From Octopus sinensis (lineage: Eukaryota), in contig NC_043003.1 of the NCBI RefSeq assembly GCF_006345805.1, forward strand, positions 37,324,001-37,388,000: a stretch of 64,000 nt of DNA. The letters are read 5' to 3'. Position 1 is the stretch's first letter. Each line of letters opens with the position of its first letter. A program made the translations under genes and the position numbers. Below are positions 40,212-52,670 of the stretch, one piece after another. Under the pieces are notes generated by a model that saw only the letters and a program-made list of their open reading frames with translations, was not told where the DNA came from and ran no database searches.

Positions 40212-41374
40212 TGGCACCGCGAGTGTCGCGTTGCTCTCAAGCAACTCTGCCGTCCTGGGTCGACCTTGAGTGACTTCATCACAACTAAAGCATTCTATAG
40301 GGGATTAGTGGAGGGGAGGTACGACGAGCTCGGGGCGAACCTGGACGTCGACGAGGAGTACCTGACCCGCCTGTTCGGGACGACTTTCGGGCCAGGGCCC
40401 ATGGACAACTTCCAGAGATCCCTGGCCTGGCAGTGCTACCGAGAAGCGCTACCCGTTCGGGATAAGCTCTACAGACACGGCTCGAGAAACACAGGGCCGA
40501 CCTGCCTGAGATGCGGCCAGAGCGACGAAACCGTTCTGCACGCACTCGTGCAGTGTCCAACAATTTCCGACCTGTGGGCTTATGTCGAACAACTGCTGTC
40601 ACGTGTGGGACGAGTCGGTTTATCAGCTGAGTCTATCGTCAATATTGTCACGCCTCCTTCCTTCAAACGGGAAGGAAGAGCTATTTTCATCATCCTTGTG
40701 GCTATGGCGAAAGAATGTATCTGGTGGATGCGTCTGAAAGGATTGGCGACAAACACTTTCCTCTCTGGTCAATCTCTCATCAACTTCTTCAAGTACCACT
40801 TGAAAAGGAAAGTGAGAGTAGAGAGACAAGTTTTGTCTAGCGAATGTTTTTAAAAAAAGATGGGTGAATGTAGCAAGGATGGCACGTATGAATGACGAAG
40901 CCACCTTGAGCATAATCCTATGAACCCAGAAATTGAAAACAGAGGGTTACCCACTTGCAAACAAATGTGGTAACATATAACAATATTGACCAAGGTTACC
41001 GTGGTCTTTTTCGTAGGCTTTTCTTCCCACGGATAAACCTTACTTGCTTTCCCCTTTACAACATACATCATAACACTGTGATACACGATCCCTATTGATC
41101 GTTTTTTTTCCTCTTCCCCTTTTTCCCCCTTTTTTCTTCTTTTTTTTCATTTCTCTTTTCTTTTGTTCCTTTTCCTTTTTTTAATTTCTTTTATTATTTT
41201 TTTTTATTTTTTGTTCTTTTTTCCCTTTTACGACACCTTTTGATCGAAAACCTACGCCACCTTTTTTTGTTTCTTTTGTTTTTTTGTTTTTTGTTTTTTT
41301 CATCCCCCAAAAGAAAAGCTCTACCTTGTAACTTGTTCCATCTGTGTGCAGCCCTGTGTGGCCAATAAAGAAAC
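40212..41374 (+). mobile_element. Tx1/L1-clade LINE, 5'-truncated (RT C-terminal zinc finger + 3' UTR), flanked by (TATC)n
   Basis: ORF 40140-40853: LAWQCYREALPVRDKL, CLRCGQSDETVLHALVQCP (zf-RVT-like); T-rich 3' UTR ends aataaagaaac followed by (tatc)n. Confidence 0.88.
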
Positions 41375-41397
41375 TTATCTATCTATCTATCTATCTA

Positions 41398-41511
41398 AGC
41401 GACTTCAACACAACCAAAGCATTCTATAGGGGATTAGTGGAGAGGAGGTACGACGATGATCTCGGGGTGAACCTGGGCGTCGATGAGGAATACCTGACCC
41501 GCCTGTTCAGA
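41398..41511 (+). mobile_element. Second, diverged fragment of the same Tx1-type family
   Basis: Homologous to ~40268-40378 with multiple substitutions and a 3-nt indel; starts in (TATC)n. Confidence 0.85.
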
Positions 41512-42836
41512 CAGTTGAAAGCGTCTGAGCAGGTCTCTGAGGCATTTGCATCCCCGTCTATTCCTATCTCTACCCACGTAGTCTACATGCGTGTCCAAGG
41601 TAGCATTCCAATCCCCCACGAAGAGTAAAGGACGAGACGTTCCCAAGAATATTTGTAGACGTTGAAAGAAATCCGCCCAACCTGTTAAGGGCGGTGCGTA
41701 GACTGATACGAGTCGAAAAGCGCACCCATTGCTGCCGTCGACATCCATGACGACCAGTCTACCCTCCGGGTCTACGAATATTGTCTTTACTTTGAGATCC
41801 AGACTCTTGCGAAAAAGTACCGCGGTGCCACTACCGCCCATTCTTGGCAGACAGGCGGGAAAATAAATGTTGAACTGTCCGCCAAACATGGTCTTTAGGG
41901 CCCGCGGATTGTGGAGTCTGGTCTCACTTATGGCTATGATTTCTAACTTATGTGATTTTATGTCATTTAAGAGGTACCCTTGTTTCCAAGGGGACCCCAA
42001 GCCACGCGCATTTACACAACCAATCTTGATCATATTCCTAATGAATTAGAATACAAGTGAAAGGAACAGAGGGTTACTTACTGCTCGAAAGTTTTTGCTT
42101 TCTCCCCCTTTGGTTTGTCCTCGAGGAGATCCCAGTAAAATTTCTTTAGATATTTTTGGCATTTACCAACCGCACTGGGAAAATGTCTTTGAGTGTGTGG
42201 TGCAGACTTTTGTAGATGTGTAATATTTTGATGTGGTCTGGTGGTGTTGTGTATGGGTGAGTGTTTGTTTTTATGTCATCTTCTGAAATGTTTGTTTTTA
42301 TGTCATCTTCTGAAATTTTTGTTTTTGATTTGATGTATTCCATCAAATTTATGTTTTTGGTGTCTATAGCTGTGAGCATGTTTGCTGTATATATTTTTGT
42401 GGTGTTGGTGTGGCTATTGTTTGTGTTGGGTTTTGAAATGTCTTCGGGAGATGTATTTCCCCCTGCTTTGTTTGTGTTTGCATTTGGTTTGGTTGTGTTT
42501 CTGCTCTTTATTTTCCTTCTTTTTCTGGCTATTTGCCATTCTTCACTGGTTTCGTCTTCCGACGAATTTTCTGAGGAATCAGTAGGGGGTAGGGGTATGT
42601 TGTAGGCGTCTATGTATGTCTGTGTAAGTGGTTGTGCTGTTGTTTTCGTTACTGTTGGTTGTTGAGTGTTTGTGTGTAGTGAGTGCGGTATAAGGGATGG
42701 GGAATCAGTTTTTGTATATTTTCTTTGTTTTTCTGTTCCTTTGGTTCTTGCTGTTGTTGGTGGTGTTGGTATTTTCTAAGGTGTTGAGTAATTTTTGGTT
42801 GTTGACGGCTTAGCTTGGTGTGCTTCTCTTGTCGTC
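41512..42836 (-). mobile_element. Tx1/L1-clade LINE fragment: ORF1 3' part + APE endonuclease of ORF2
   Basis: ORF 41434-42033: MIKIGCVNARGL, IIAISETRL, GTAVLF, VSVYAP, LFVGDWNA; 5' end abuts (GATA)n at 42837-42935. Confidence 0.88.
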
Positions 42837-42936
<100 letters not shown>

Positions 42937-43108
42937 CTGCTCTTTGGAATTTATGTCTAACATGCTGACATTCAGTATCGTTATTGTAAGGTCACAGATA
43001 TGCAACACAAGTCTCCCATGATGTCAACCGGGTCGTTGTGTTGTTATTCCTGCATCTTATATCACGAAGCCACACATCGCATAAATACAAACAAGCACAC
43101 AAGCACAC

Positions 43109-43139
<31 letters not shown>

Positions 43140-43333
43140 CATACACTACGTGTGAATGTATGTGTGTATGAGTGTGTGTATGTGTGTGTGAGTGTGTAGA
43201 TGTGTGTATTTTATGCTCATACTGATTTGTCTATAAACTTATTCAGAGCTCTTTAATAACTGTCCAACTAAAGACATGTATATGTGTATCGTTTATGTGT
43301 GTGTGTATGTGCATTCATAAGCATATGCATATA

Positions 43334-43383
<50 letters not shown>

Positions 43384-43466
43384 CATACACATATATATAT
43401 TAAGATGCTTGTATGTGTATACGTATGTATGTATGTAGATAGATAGATAGATAGATAGATAGATAT

Positions 43467-43527
<61 letters not shown>

Positions 43528-44379
43528 AATCATGTTAGTGATTTGACAGAGTTGTTAAAGCACCAAACAGAATGCCTTGCGGTATTCCTTCTTGTCTCTG
43601 CACTCCGTGTTCAAATGCTATCAAGATCAAGTTTGCCTTTCAAATAGGCCTGCGTGGGCAGATTAGAAATACACTATTCTTTTAAACCCCAAAAGAGAAA
43701 TTATTGATGCCATGCTCTATTTTCAGGATTGAAATATTTGAGCGTTCTGTATCTTTTATGCATGCAACAAGATACTTGTTCCTGATGTTGATATAGAAAG
43801 GAAATTTTTGAAAATATTTCGTCAGATTCTTAAGTGCACAACTTACAGTGTCTAAATGGTTTGCCTACATAAAATAATTTCCTCTTGACATCGGAATAAA
43901 AATACCTTATATTACCATTTTGTAGACACCAACTTAAGCCCAATAGAAGTTACAAAACTATCTATTGGAAAAACCACTAGGGAGCAACCGGTTGGCCAGA
44001 TACTGATAGGATCGGATATTTGTAGTGAAAGCTCACATTTTCCAGTACGTGCATAAAACTGGTCAAAAAACAATGAATGCTGTATTTAAGGACAATAAAT
44101 ACTGTATTCAAGGACAATACTCGTGCCTAAAAGAATAGAGACAATTGTGACAAATACTATTGATTCATAGCATACTTAAAGACTATGCATAAATTGTCCA
44201 CAGGTTATAAACTTTCCATGGTTCTCGAACATCATTTTGTGTCGTATGGTCTCATTCAGACAATACGTATTGACCTGGAAATGGATAAATGAGTACTTCT
44301 TTTGTGTACTCAACAGTATAACTAAGAACACCTTAGAAACAATTGAAGATCTCCTGAATGTGTACTTTGTGTGCAGTTG

Positions 44380-45720
44380 GTCCTTGTGACACAAGTGTAA
44401 CTAGACTGACCTACTTCAATTGGAACTTGAAGAAGCATTTATTCTATCAACCGAAGATTATGCATGGGTATATACGTCAAAACATTGAAAATATCAACAA
44501 TACTAACAAGCAGAGCCTCTCCTGGACTTGCGATTGATATACAACAGTTCAGGAGAAGGATATATCAGCCAAATACCGCCCTAAAAAAGATTTTTAAAAT
44601 ACTTCCAAACTTCCATGTTGTGACAGAAAATGTCTACTGTGTCAGACAAGGCGTCGAAGATATCAGAGCTGTCCAAATATGTCCTTAAAATATTACGTTC
44701 CCATGAGACATTGTTGCCCCTGAAACTATATTGACTCAGCTGGAGGGACCTTGTCAGTGCGCTAGTGAGCAGTTAGCATTTTGCAAAGAACTTAAATGGA
44801 TCCCAAATAAAAACATACATAAATACGTAAAAAAAACACGTACGTAATACATACAACATACATACATACATACATACATACATACATACATACATACATA
44901 CACTGACTCCCATCTCCATCACACGTAGATAGGAACAAATAAACATGAAACTCATAGATCCAACTTCTCTGCTCTTTTTTTAAGTTCCTATTATTTTTTC
45001 TCTGCACTGACGAGTACTTTGATATTTGCAAATTCTAAAATGAATTTATTTCTATGTACGAAACGATTGTATGCATGAATAAACTTCTTACAACTTTTTA
45101 TCATCTATTCTCCTCCATTTTTGACAAATATGATTGGATTTGCAGAACTTCATTCTATAAATTAATCATACACTTAATATATATACATACATACAAACAG
45201 ACAGATCGCCTCTACCTAAATCGAAAACAAGGCCTTTGGATGTCGCATTATATCCCTTTGGAAACATCTTTTAACTAGCCATAGCCACTCGTAATAAAAA
45301 GGAATACTGGTGGAATGTACCAGTGAAGACCTCAATAAAATATAATCACAACAGTCCTGATATAATGATTTGGGACAGAGAAGAGAAACTGTGTCCAGCT
45401 GCGGAAATTAGCTGCCTAGAGGATGTTAATATAAAGCTGAAGAGAACACCTATGCAGAACTATTGAAAAATCTACAGTTACTCTATCCAGATTACAGGTC
45501 CAGCTTTATACCTGTAATTATTGGGGTCACAATAATTGGGCTTCTCAAGATCAGAAAGGAGAAAGCTAATTCGAAGACTACAGATCCAATCCATCACTGA
45601 AACTGTAAAAATCTGTAAAACTTTCCAGAAGTTTATCATTTAAATATATATGAGCATGTCTATATATGCAACTATATGCATGAGAATACATACATAAAAC
45701 ATACAAATCTGCACATACAT
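44380..45720 (+). mobile_element. Decayed R4-like (restriction-endonuclease) LINE, interrupted at ~44720-45270, ending in (CATA)n
   Basis: WNLKKHLFYQPKIMHGYI, CDRKCLLC...SCPNMSLKYYVPMRH; KEYWWNVPVKTSIKYNHNSPDIMIWDREEKLC; LQIQSITETVKICKTF. Confidence 0.6.
45003..45075 (+). ncRNA. Type I hammerhead ribozyme motif (minimal, Penelope-like context)
   Basis: tgca-CTGACGA-gtac(38-nt loop)gtac-GAAA-cgattG-TA-tgca; all core nucleotides present; stems I and II pair perfectly over 4 bp each. Confidence 0.7.
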
Positions 45721-46249
45721 ACCATACATACATATATACATACATACATACATACATACATACATACATACATACATACGTACATACATACATACATACA
45801 TACATACAAAAATACCCTGTTGTTGATATTGAAACAAGTAAAAGAGTAAAGAGTAAAAGAGTATATACGAGCAAAACGCCCCCGTCCAATGGACGGTGCT
45901 GAGTTGTCAAACATTTAAACCAAATTTTCTCAAAACAACTTGTCCGGCCGTCCCATAGGCCTCCCCTTTGAGAAACACTGATTTAACCTAAATTTCAGAC
46001 ACCAGCAAAAGAAGAAATGAAGATAGACTTTTTTTTATTCCAAAGAGAAACGATTTTATTCACACAAATATGCAACCGAAGAGTTTAAAGTACCAGTAAT
46101 GATAAGGCTGTTGAGTGGGAGAACACAAATATGGTTTAAACAGTAAGCTTGGCAGGAAAGAAACGTGCCTTTAAGCAGTACAAAAACAACAGAAAATGGA
46201 AGGTGCAGTTATGTACAGGTTGACGGAAGAAAAGCAGGACAAAAACGGC

Positions 46250-46420
46250 TTTATCGATCGCATTCTCACCTGGCATCGATTTTTGTAATTTTTTCAAGAC
46301 TTATACACGGCCTAATACCGTCGGTATCTACATATCATATTTCAGCGCAATCGGATGGAGGATGCCCGAGATCCAAGAAGACACACACAGAGACAGACAG
46401 AGCGGATTTCATATAATAGA
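46250..46420 (-). mobile_element. Helitron-like 5' fragment
   Basis: Minus strand begins A|TCTATTATATGAAA followed by ctgtctgtctctgtgtgt, typical of non-autonomous Helitron 5' ends; no CTAG end found. Confidence 0.4.
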
Positions 46421-46949
46421 TATGCGCGCTCACACCACACACACACACACACACATGTCTGGCTGGTGTTGTTATAAACTTGTCTTATTTATTTAAACCT
46501 GAGGTTTTGCTCTTATATATATATATATATATTTTTTTTTTATTTTTTCATTGACTGTAGTCCTTGTTTCTGTCTGTCTTTTGTGGTTGTTTATTGTTCG
46601 TAATCAAAGCTTCACGCTGATCAGGATATTGTTATTTAACCCAGGCAGTTGTTATTCACGTAATGTAAAAACAAAAAGAAAACACAAGCAGAACAATTGG
46701 ACGTCTACAAGAGTATTGTGTAAACAAAGTGACCTAAAGCCATATGATTGGAATTATTATTTTACTGTTCGTTGCCAGTTATCAACGTTCTTCGACTCTT
46801 TCTTCTGTCTATAATTCAGTTTTCGTGAGCGCGTGTTTGTGCATATGCTTGGGTGTGTGTGTTGCGTGTGTCTCTGTGAATATACGTGTACATTTGTGAG
46901 CACACAAACGCCTACACATAAATACGCACATGCACATATATAAGTACGT

Positions 46950-47269
46950 TTGTATAAGTATATTTGTATGTATGTGTGTGTATATGTATAATATATATAT
47001 ATATATACATACATACATATATACATACATATATATATATACATATATATACATATATATATACATATATATATACTATATATATGTATATATATATATA
47101 TACATACATATATACATAAATATATATACACGTAAATAAAAATTATATATACTATATATAAACTATATAATATACATATATATATAATGCTTTTGGTGTG
47201 TGTAAATATATATATATATCTGTGTTTGCATTTATCTAGTTATAATATGCGATATGCATGTATGCATAT

Positions 47270-47300
<31 letters not shown>

Positions 47301-47922
47301 TAGATAGATAGATAGATATGTATACATAGATATATATATATATATATATTATATAGATATATAATATATATATATATATTATATATAATATTATATATAT
47401 ATATATATGCATACACATACAGTGTGTGTGTGTGAGAGACAGAGGAGAGAGAGAGAGAGAGAGAATTGCATATATATATTATTATGGTACATATGTATGT
47501 ATGTATATATGTAGGTATGTATGTACATTGGTACGTACGTATGTATTTATGTATGTGTGTATGTATGTATGTATGTATATATGTATGTATGTAAGTATGT
47601 ATGTATATATGTAGTTATGTATGTATTACGTATGTATGTATGTATGTATGTATGGATGGATGTATGTATGATGTATGGATGGATGGATGGATGGATGGAT
47701 GGATGGATGGATGGATGGATGGATAGATGGATGTGTATACATTTGCATTCTGGCTAACAGAAAATAACCCAAGTTAGTTTTCTGCATACTAAACATAGCA
47801 TCGTGAGTTGAAACATTTCGAACAACTGAAATTAACCAACACAAAATTAGATCAGAGGAAGCTTTTGTCTCTACTACTTACTTGGAAAATCTTACTATAC
47901 TACATACATGTGACCCCATATG

Positions 47923-48017
<95 letters not shown>

Positions 48018-48050
48018 ATGTGTGTGTGTGTATACATATATATGTATATA
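46950..48050. repeat. Compound (TA)n/(GATA)n/(TATG)n/(GGAT)n/(TG)n field
   Basis: Directly visible. Confidence 0.9.
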
Positions 48051-48111
48051 TATTTAAACATAATCAAATAGGGTAATAAAATAATAGCACAAAAGACGAA
48101 TTAGTCATTAG

Positions 48112-48267
48112 ACTCTCTTTACTCTTTTTACTCTTTTACTTGTTTCAGTCATTTGACTGCGGCCATGCTGGAGCACCGCCTTTAGTCGAGCAAATCGACC
48201 CCGGGACTTATTCTTTGTAAGCCCAGTACTTATTCTATCGGTCTCTTTTGCCGAACCGCTAAGTGAC
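48112..48267 (-). mobile_element. SINE family B 3' part
   Basis: Matches the family B tail. Confidence 0.85.
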
Positions 48268-48392
48268 TATATATTTTTCGTATAGAAATATAATAAAAGG
48301 CTTCCAACTAAGGAAGCGTATTGCTAGAACCACAAAAAGGGATAAATTCATGAAAGGAAAGAAAATTAAAAACCTTTACCATCACAGCTATA

Positions 48393-48468
48393 TCCCAGAC
48401 CGAACGGTTTCTACCTATTTTTAGCAAACACACAGAATATATTTGCCAGGCCAGGTTCTTCAGTGGGA
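48393..48468 (-). ncRNA. Type I hammerhead ribozyme motif (left arm)
   Basis: Exact reverse complement of 48739-48814. Confidence 0.6.
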
Positions 48469-48738
48469 AGCCTTCGAAATCCTAGACGCACAGACTGTTA
48501 GAAGCACATGTAGATCTAACGGTTTGTATATCCAAACTTTTCAAACCTCTTATTTTATTACCCTACTTGATTATGTTTAAATATTGCTTGATAAATTTGT
48601 TCGTAAATTTTTTACCGGCGTCCTCTATGTTCGCCGGGTATGATTTGCGTCTGCGCAGAGGTTTGAAAAGTTAGGATATACAAACCGTTAGATCTACATG
48701 TGCTTCTAACAGTCTGTGCGTCTAGGATTACGAAGGCT

Positions 48739-48814
48739 TCCCACTGAAGAACCTGGCCTGGCAAATATATTCTGTGTGTTTGCTAAAAATAGGTAGAAAC
48801 CGTTCGGTCTGGGA
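48739..48814 (+). ncRNA. Type I hammerhead ribozyme motif (right arm)
   Basis: tccca-CTGAAGA-acct...aggt-a-GAAA-ccgttcgGTC-tggga; 5-bp stem I, quasi-palindromic stem III, predicted cut after C48809. Confidence 0.6.
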
Positions 48815-48917
48815 TATAGCTGAGATGGTAAAGGTTTTTAATTTTCTTTCCTTTCATGAATTTATCCCTTTTTGTGGTTCTAGCACTACGCTTCTTTATT
48901 TGGAAGCCTTTTATTGA

Positions 48918-49033
<116 letters not shown>

Positions 49034-49444
49034 CGCGTGTGTGTGTGTGTGTATGTGTGTGAGTGTGATAGCTAGTGATAAACATTTCCTGAATAAAAGT
49101 CGGTAGCTATGTTCTTGCGCTCACAGTAAGTCTCGGACACCTTCCGACACGACCGTTCAGTTCATAGTCGTAACTACAACGACATAGACCAGTCCCCGAC
49201 TCTTACCAACGTGTCTCGGTGGTATCTTTACCATCAGGCCTTAATATTGTTGCACCAGCGGAATGGCGAACGGTGTCCTCAGTCCTACACCAGATTACCT
49301 CCTTTCTCTATTCCCGTTATTTGCACATTTGCCATCCTATCCACCAAAATTGTTTCCCTTAGCTATGCCTGTTTCTTGGCGGAATATCGCATAATCCCAT
49401 CACCATGATGAGACATTTTGCACGTAATATAGGGAACACCTCTG

Positions 49445-49950
49445 AAGGTGCGTGGCTTAGTGGTTAGGGTGTCAGCATCATGATCATAACATTGTGGTTT
49501 CAACTCCTGGACCGGGCGACACGTTGTGTTCATGAGCAAAACACTTCATTTCACGTTGCTCCAGTCCACTCACATGGCAAAAATGAGTAACGCCACGATG
49601 GACTGGCGTCCCGTCCAGCTGGGGAACACATATGCCATTGAAACCGGGGAACCGGCCCATTGAGCCTGGCTAGGCTTTAAAAGGGCGCATTTATTGTGGA
49701 GGCGCGTGGCTTCGTGGTTAGGGTGTCAGCACCATGATCGCAAGATTGTGGTTTCGATTCCTGGACCGGTCGACGCGTTGTGTTCTTGAGCAAAACACTT
49801 CATTTCACGTTGCTCCAGTTCACTCAGCTGGCAAAAATGAGTAACGCTGTGATGGACTGGCGTCCCGTCCAGCTGGGGAGCACATACGCCATTGAAACCG
49901 GGAAACCCAGCCCATGAGCCTGGCTAGGCTTTGAAAAGAACGCATTTATA
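49445..49950 (+). mobile_element. Tandem dimer of SINE family C with one flanking duplication
   Basis: Copies at 49445-49692 and 49698-49950; tagggaaca at 49430-49438 and 49956-49964. Confidence 0.85.
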
Positions 49951-50336
49951 TTTTGTAGGGAACATCTAATACACAAAACGGCCTGGACATTGGCCACTGC
50001 AACAACCGCTACCACGTTATTATGTACCTCCTACATTGAACGCGCTGATGACGACTTGTAACAGCAAATGAATTTTGAGTAAAAGCTTGCTACACTTGGC
50101 TGAGTCGTGCAGTCAGCTTCATGAACTTACTGTTATATAGGCTGACTTTACCTACTTGGCGTTATCACGGGGTTTTAGGTGTGTATGAGTGTTCGACAGT
50201 ATTATAAACTGTTGTTTGCCTACGTGAAGAGACGACCTATATGTTTATATACGTGTAGGGATTGTAAGGGTGTGCGCGGGTGAGTATAATAATACACGAT
50301 AGTTTGCAGCCGTACATGCGAAAATGTGTATATGTA

Positions 50337-50384
<48 letters not shown>

Positions 50385-50493
50385 TCTAAATATATGAACA
50401 GATACATACACAGATTATGTATACATGGAAATATGTATATCGTTGGGTCTTACCTTTCGATAGATAGATAGATAGATACATACATACATAGAG

Positions 50494-50594
<101 letters not shown>

Positions 50595-51826
50595 TTCATA
50601 CATACATGTACATACATATACTCATGTGCATTTGAGACTAAATATATATATGTGTGTGTGTGTGTAAATATATATAAATATATATGTCTGTGTGTGTGTA
50701 AATATACACATACACACACACACGCACACGTGTATCTGTATGTGCATACATAACGCTTAAAGACCATACCTGTTTCTAATTTTCCATATTCACTTCCGGT
50801 CCTTTCAACTATTCATTTTTCACATATACATACACATATACACACTTTACTTTCATCGTGCTTACGTTTTGCATTTTACTCTTTCGCATCCTCTTCTCCA
50901 ACTCACCGTCCTCTAAAACCTGTTTCGAAAGGACACTGTTCCTAACTTTCTATCATGTTTTTTGTTTTCTGTACATTTTACATGATTTCACCCTTGCTTC
51001 CTGCTGGTTTAAATGTCAATCTTCCCTGTTGTTTTCACATTAACACTTTAGTATTTAGGTATTAAGTGTTTGTTTGCATCGTGCTTTGATAACGTTATCG
51101 TTAAAAACGTATCTTTTGTGTGCATGCATTGGAGCAATATCTAATATAAATGTGCTTGGGATGTGTTTGTTATCGTTTTGATTCTGCAGTGTGTGTGTGG
51201 GGTGGGGGGGGGGTTAGTGTCCAAGGAATACGGTAAAGCGGTATGTTCAGTAGAGTGTTGGTCACAATTCCGAGCGATATTTATGCTAAGTTCCGAGGAT
51301 AACTTTGCTTTTAAGCCTTCCAATGAAATCTCTCGAGGAGTAAGGATGTAGGTGTGGATGAGGTTCAGGTTCAACATTCTTCGGTCGATGTTTGCTGGGG
51401 GAAAAAAAACAGGTGTGGAAAGAAAATTTCCGGAGTGTTGTACCTGAGAAAAGAGATTTAGTTCTTGGAAATGAAACCGTATGTGATTAATAAGAGGAAG
51501 AAAGACAGTGGAGGATGGGTGAGTCTAGATGGATAATGTATGCATCAAGTTCATTTAGATGAGTAGAACCGGTTGTAGTGGCGATAAGAAATGCAAATAG
51601 AAGCTCTTATAGTCTGTTGCGACTAAAACAGGTGAGATTCGGTTCTTTTTCAGCTACACTACTAATGATATCAAGAAATGGTGTAAACGTGAAAGAGTCT
51701 CAAGACAAGGAAAGTAATGACTCAATATGAACCAAAAGCAATCAATATAGTTAGACATGTACATTTCTCCAAATAAAATCCTAGAACTAGCAAAACCATT
51801 GACTTTATCTTCATATAGTGGTGTAT

Positions 51827-51861
<35 letters not shown>

Positions 51862-51944
51862 GAATAATAATAATAATAATAATGATGATGATGATGATGA
51901 TGATGATAATAATAATAATAATGATAATAATAATAATAATAATA

Positions 51945-52039
<95 letters not shown>

Positions 52040-52040
<1 letters not shown>

Positions 52041-52593
52041 CCTTGATGCAGTATCAGGCAGTGGCTCTCATAGCTTCTAATTTTAACTGATTGAAAGTGT
52101 TATTTTGTACATTGTTTTACCTTGGTATAAAAGATGGGCTGCACCAAATATTCTGCTCAATACCACAGATTTGTTTGTCAGTTGTTTGACCTTAATCAGT
52201 TGAGCATGTCCGTTGATGGCTGATGATATGTGCACCTCTGACCACGAGCGGAAGTAGTGTGGGAGTACCATAGCAATGTGTAGAGAGAAATTCTTTTGGG
52301 TTTCGACAATTCACCTCTGAAAACGTGGGTGCTTCGTTCAACATTCTTAAACAACTCTTATCCAAGAACCTTTTGTGCGGGATGGGCTACTCGACATGAA
52401 GAAAATTCTAACTGGACCCCACCTGCAAGGTCATGCGCTGTTTATCTAGATATGAGATCATCATGTCGCGCACATATGGTTGTGATGCATATGCCTAGTG
52501 TACCCTTATCAGACTAGTAGTCATAATAGGTATACTGGGCTGCGTATATTTTACTCCAGTGTCACTTTGATGGCATGAACTGTTCTCTCACTC
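52040..52593 (+). repeat. ~555-bp non-coding element embedded in (AAT)n on both sides
   Basis: Sharp boundaries with (AAT)n; single copy here; I recall it as an abundant octopus repeat (unverified). Confidence 0.55.
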
Positions 52594-52663
<70 letters not shown>

Positions 52664-52670
52664 TTAATAA

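Larger units (their letters stand above)
48292..48915. mobile_element. Fold-back element: two ~260-bp inverted arms with a 106-bp spacer, each arm carrying a hammerhead motif (Penelope pLTR-like)
   Basis: Arms 48292-48550 and 48657-48915 are reverse complements with scattered mismatches. Confidence 0.85.
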
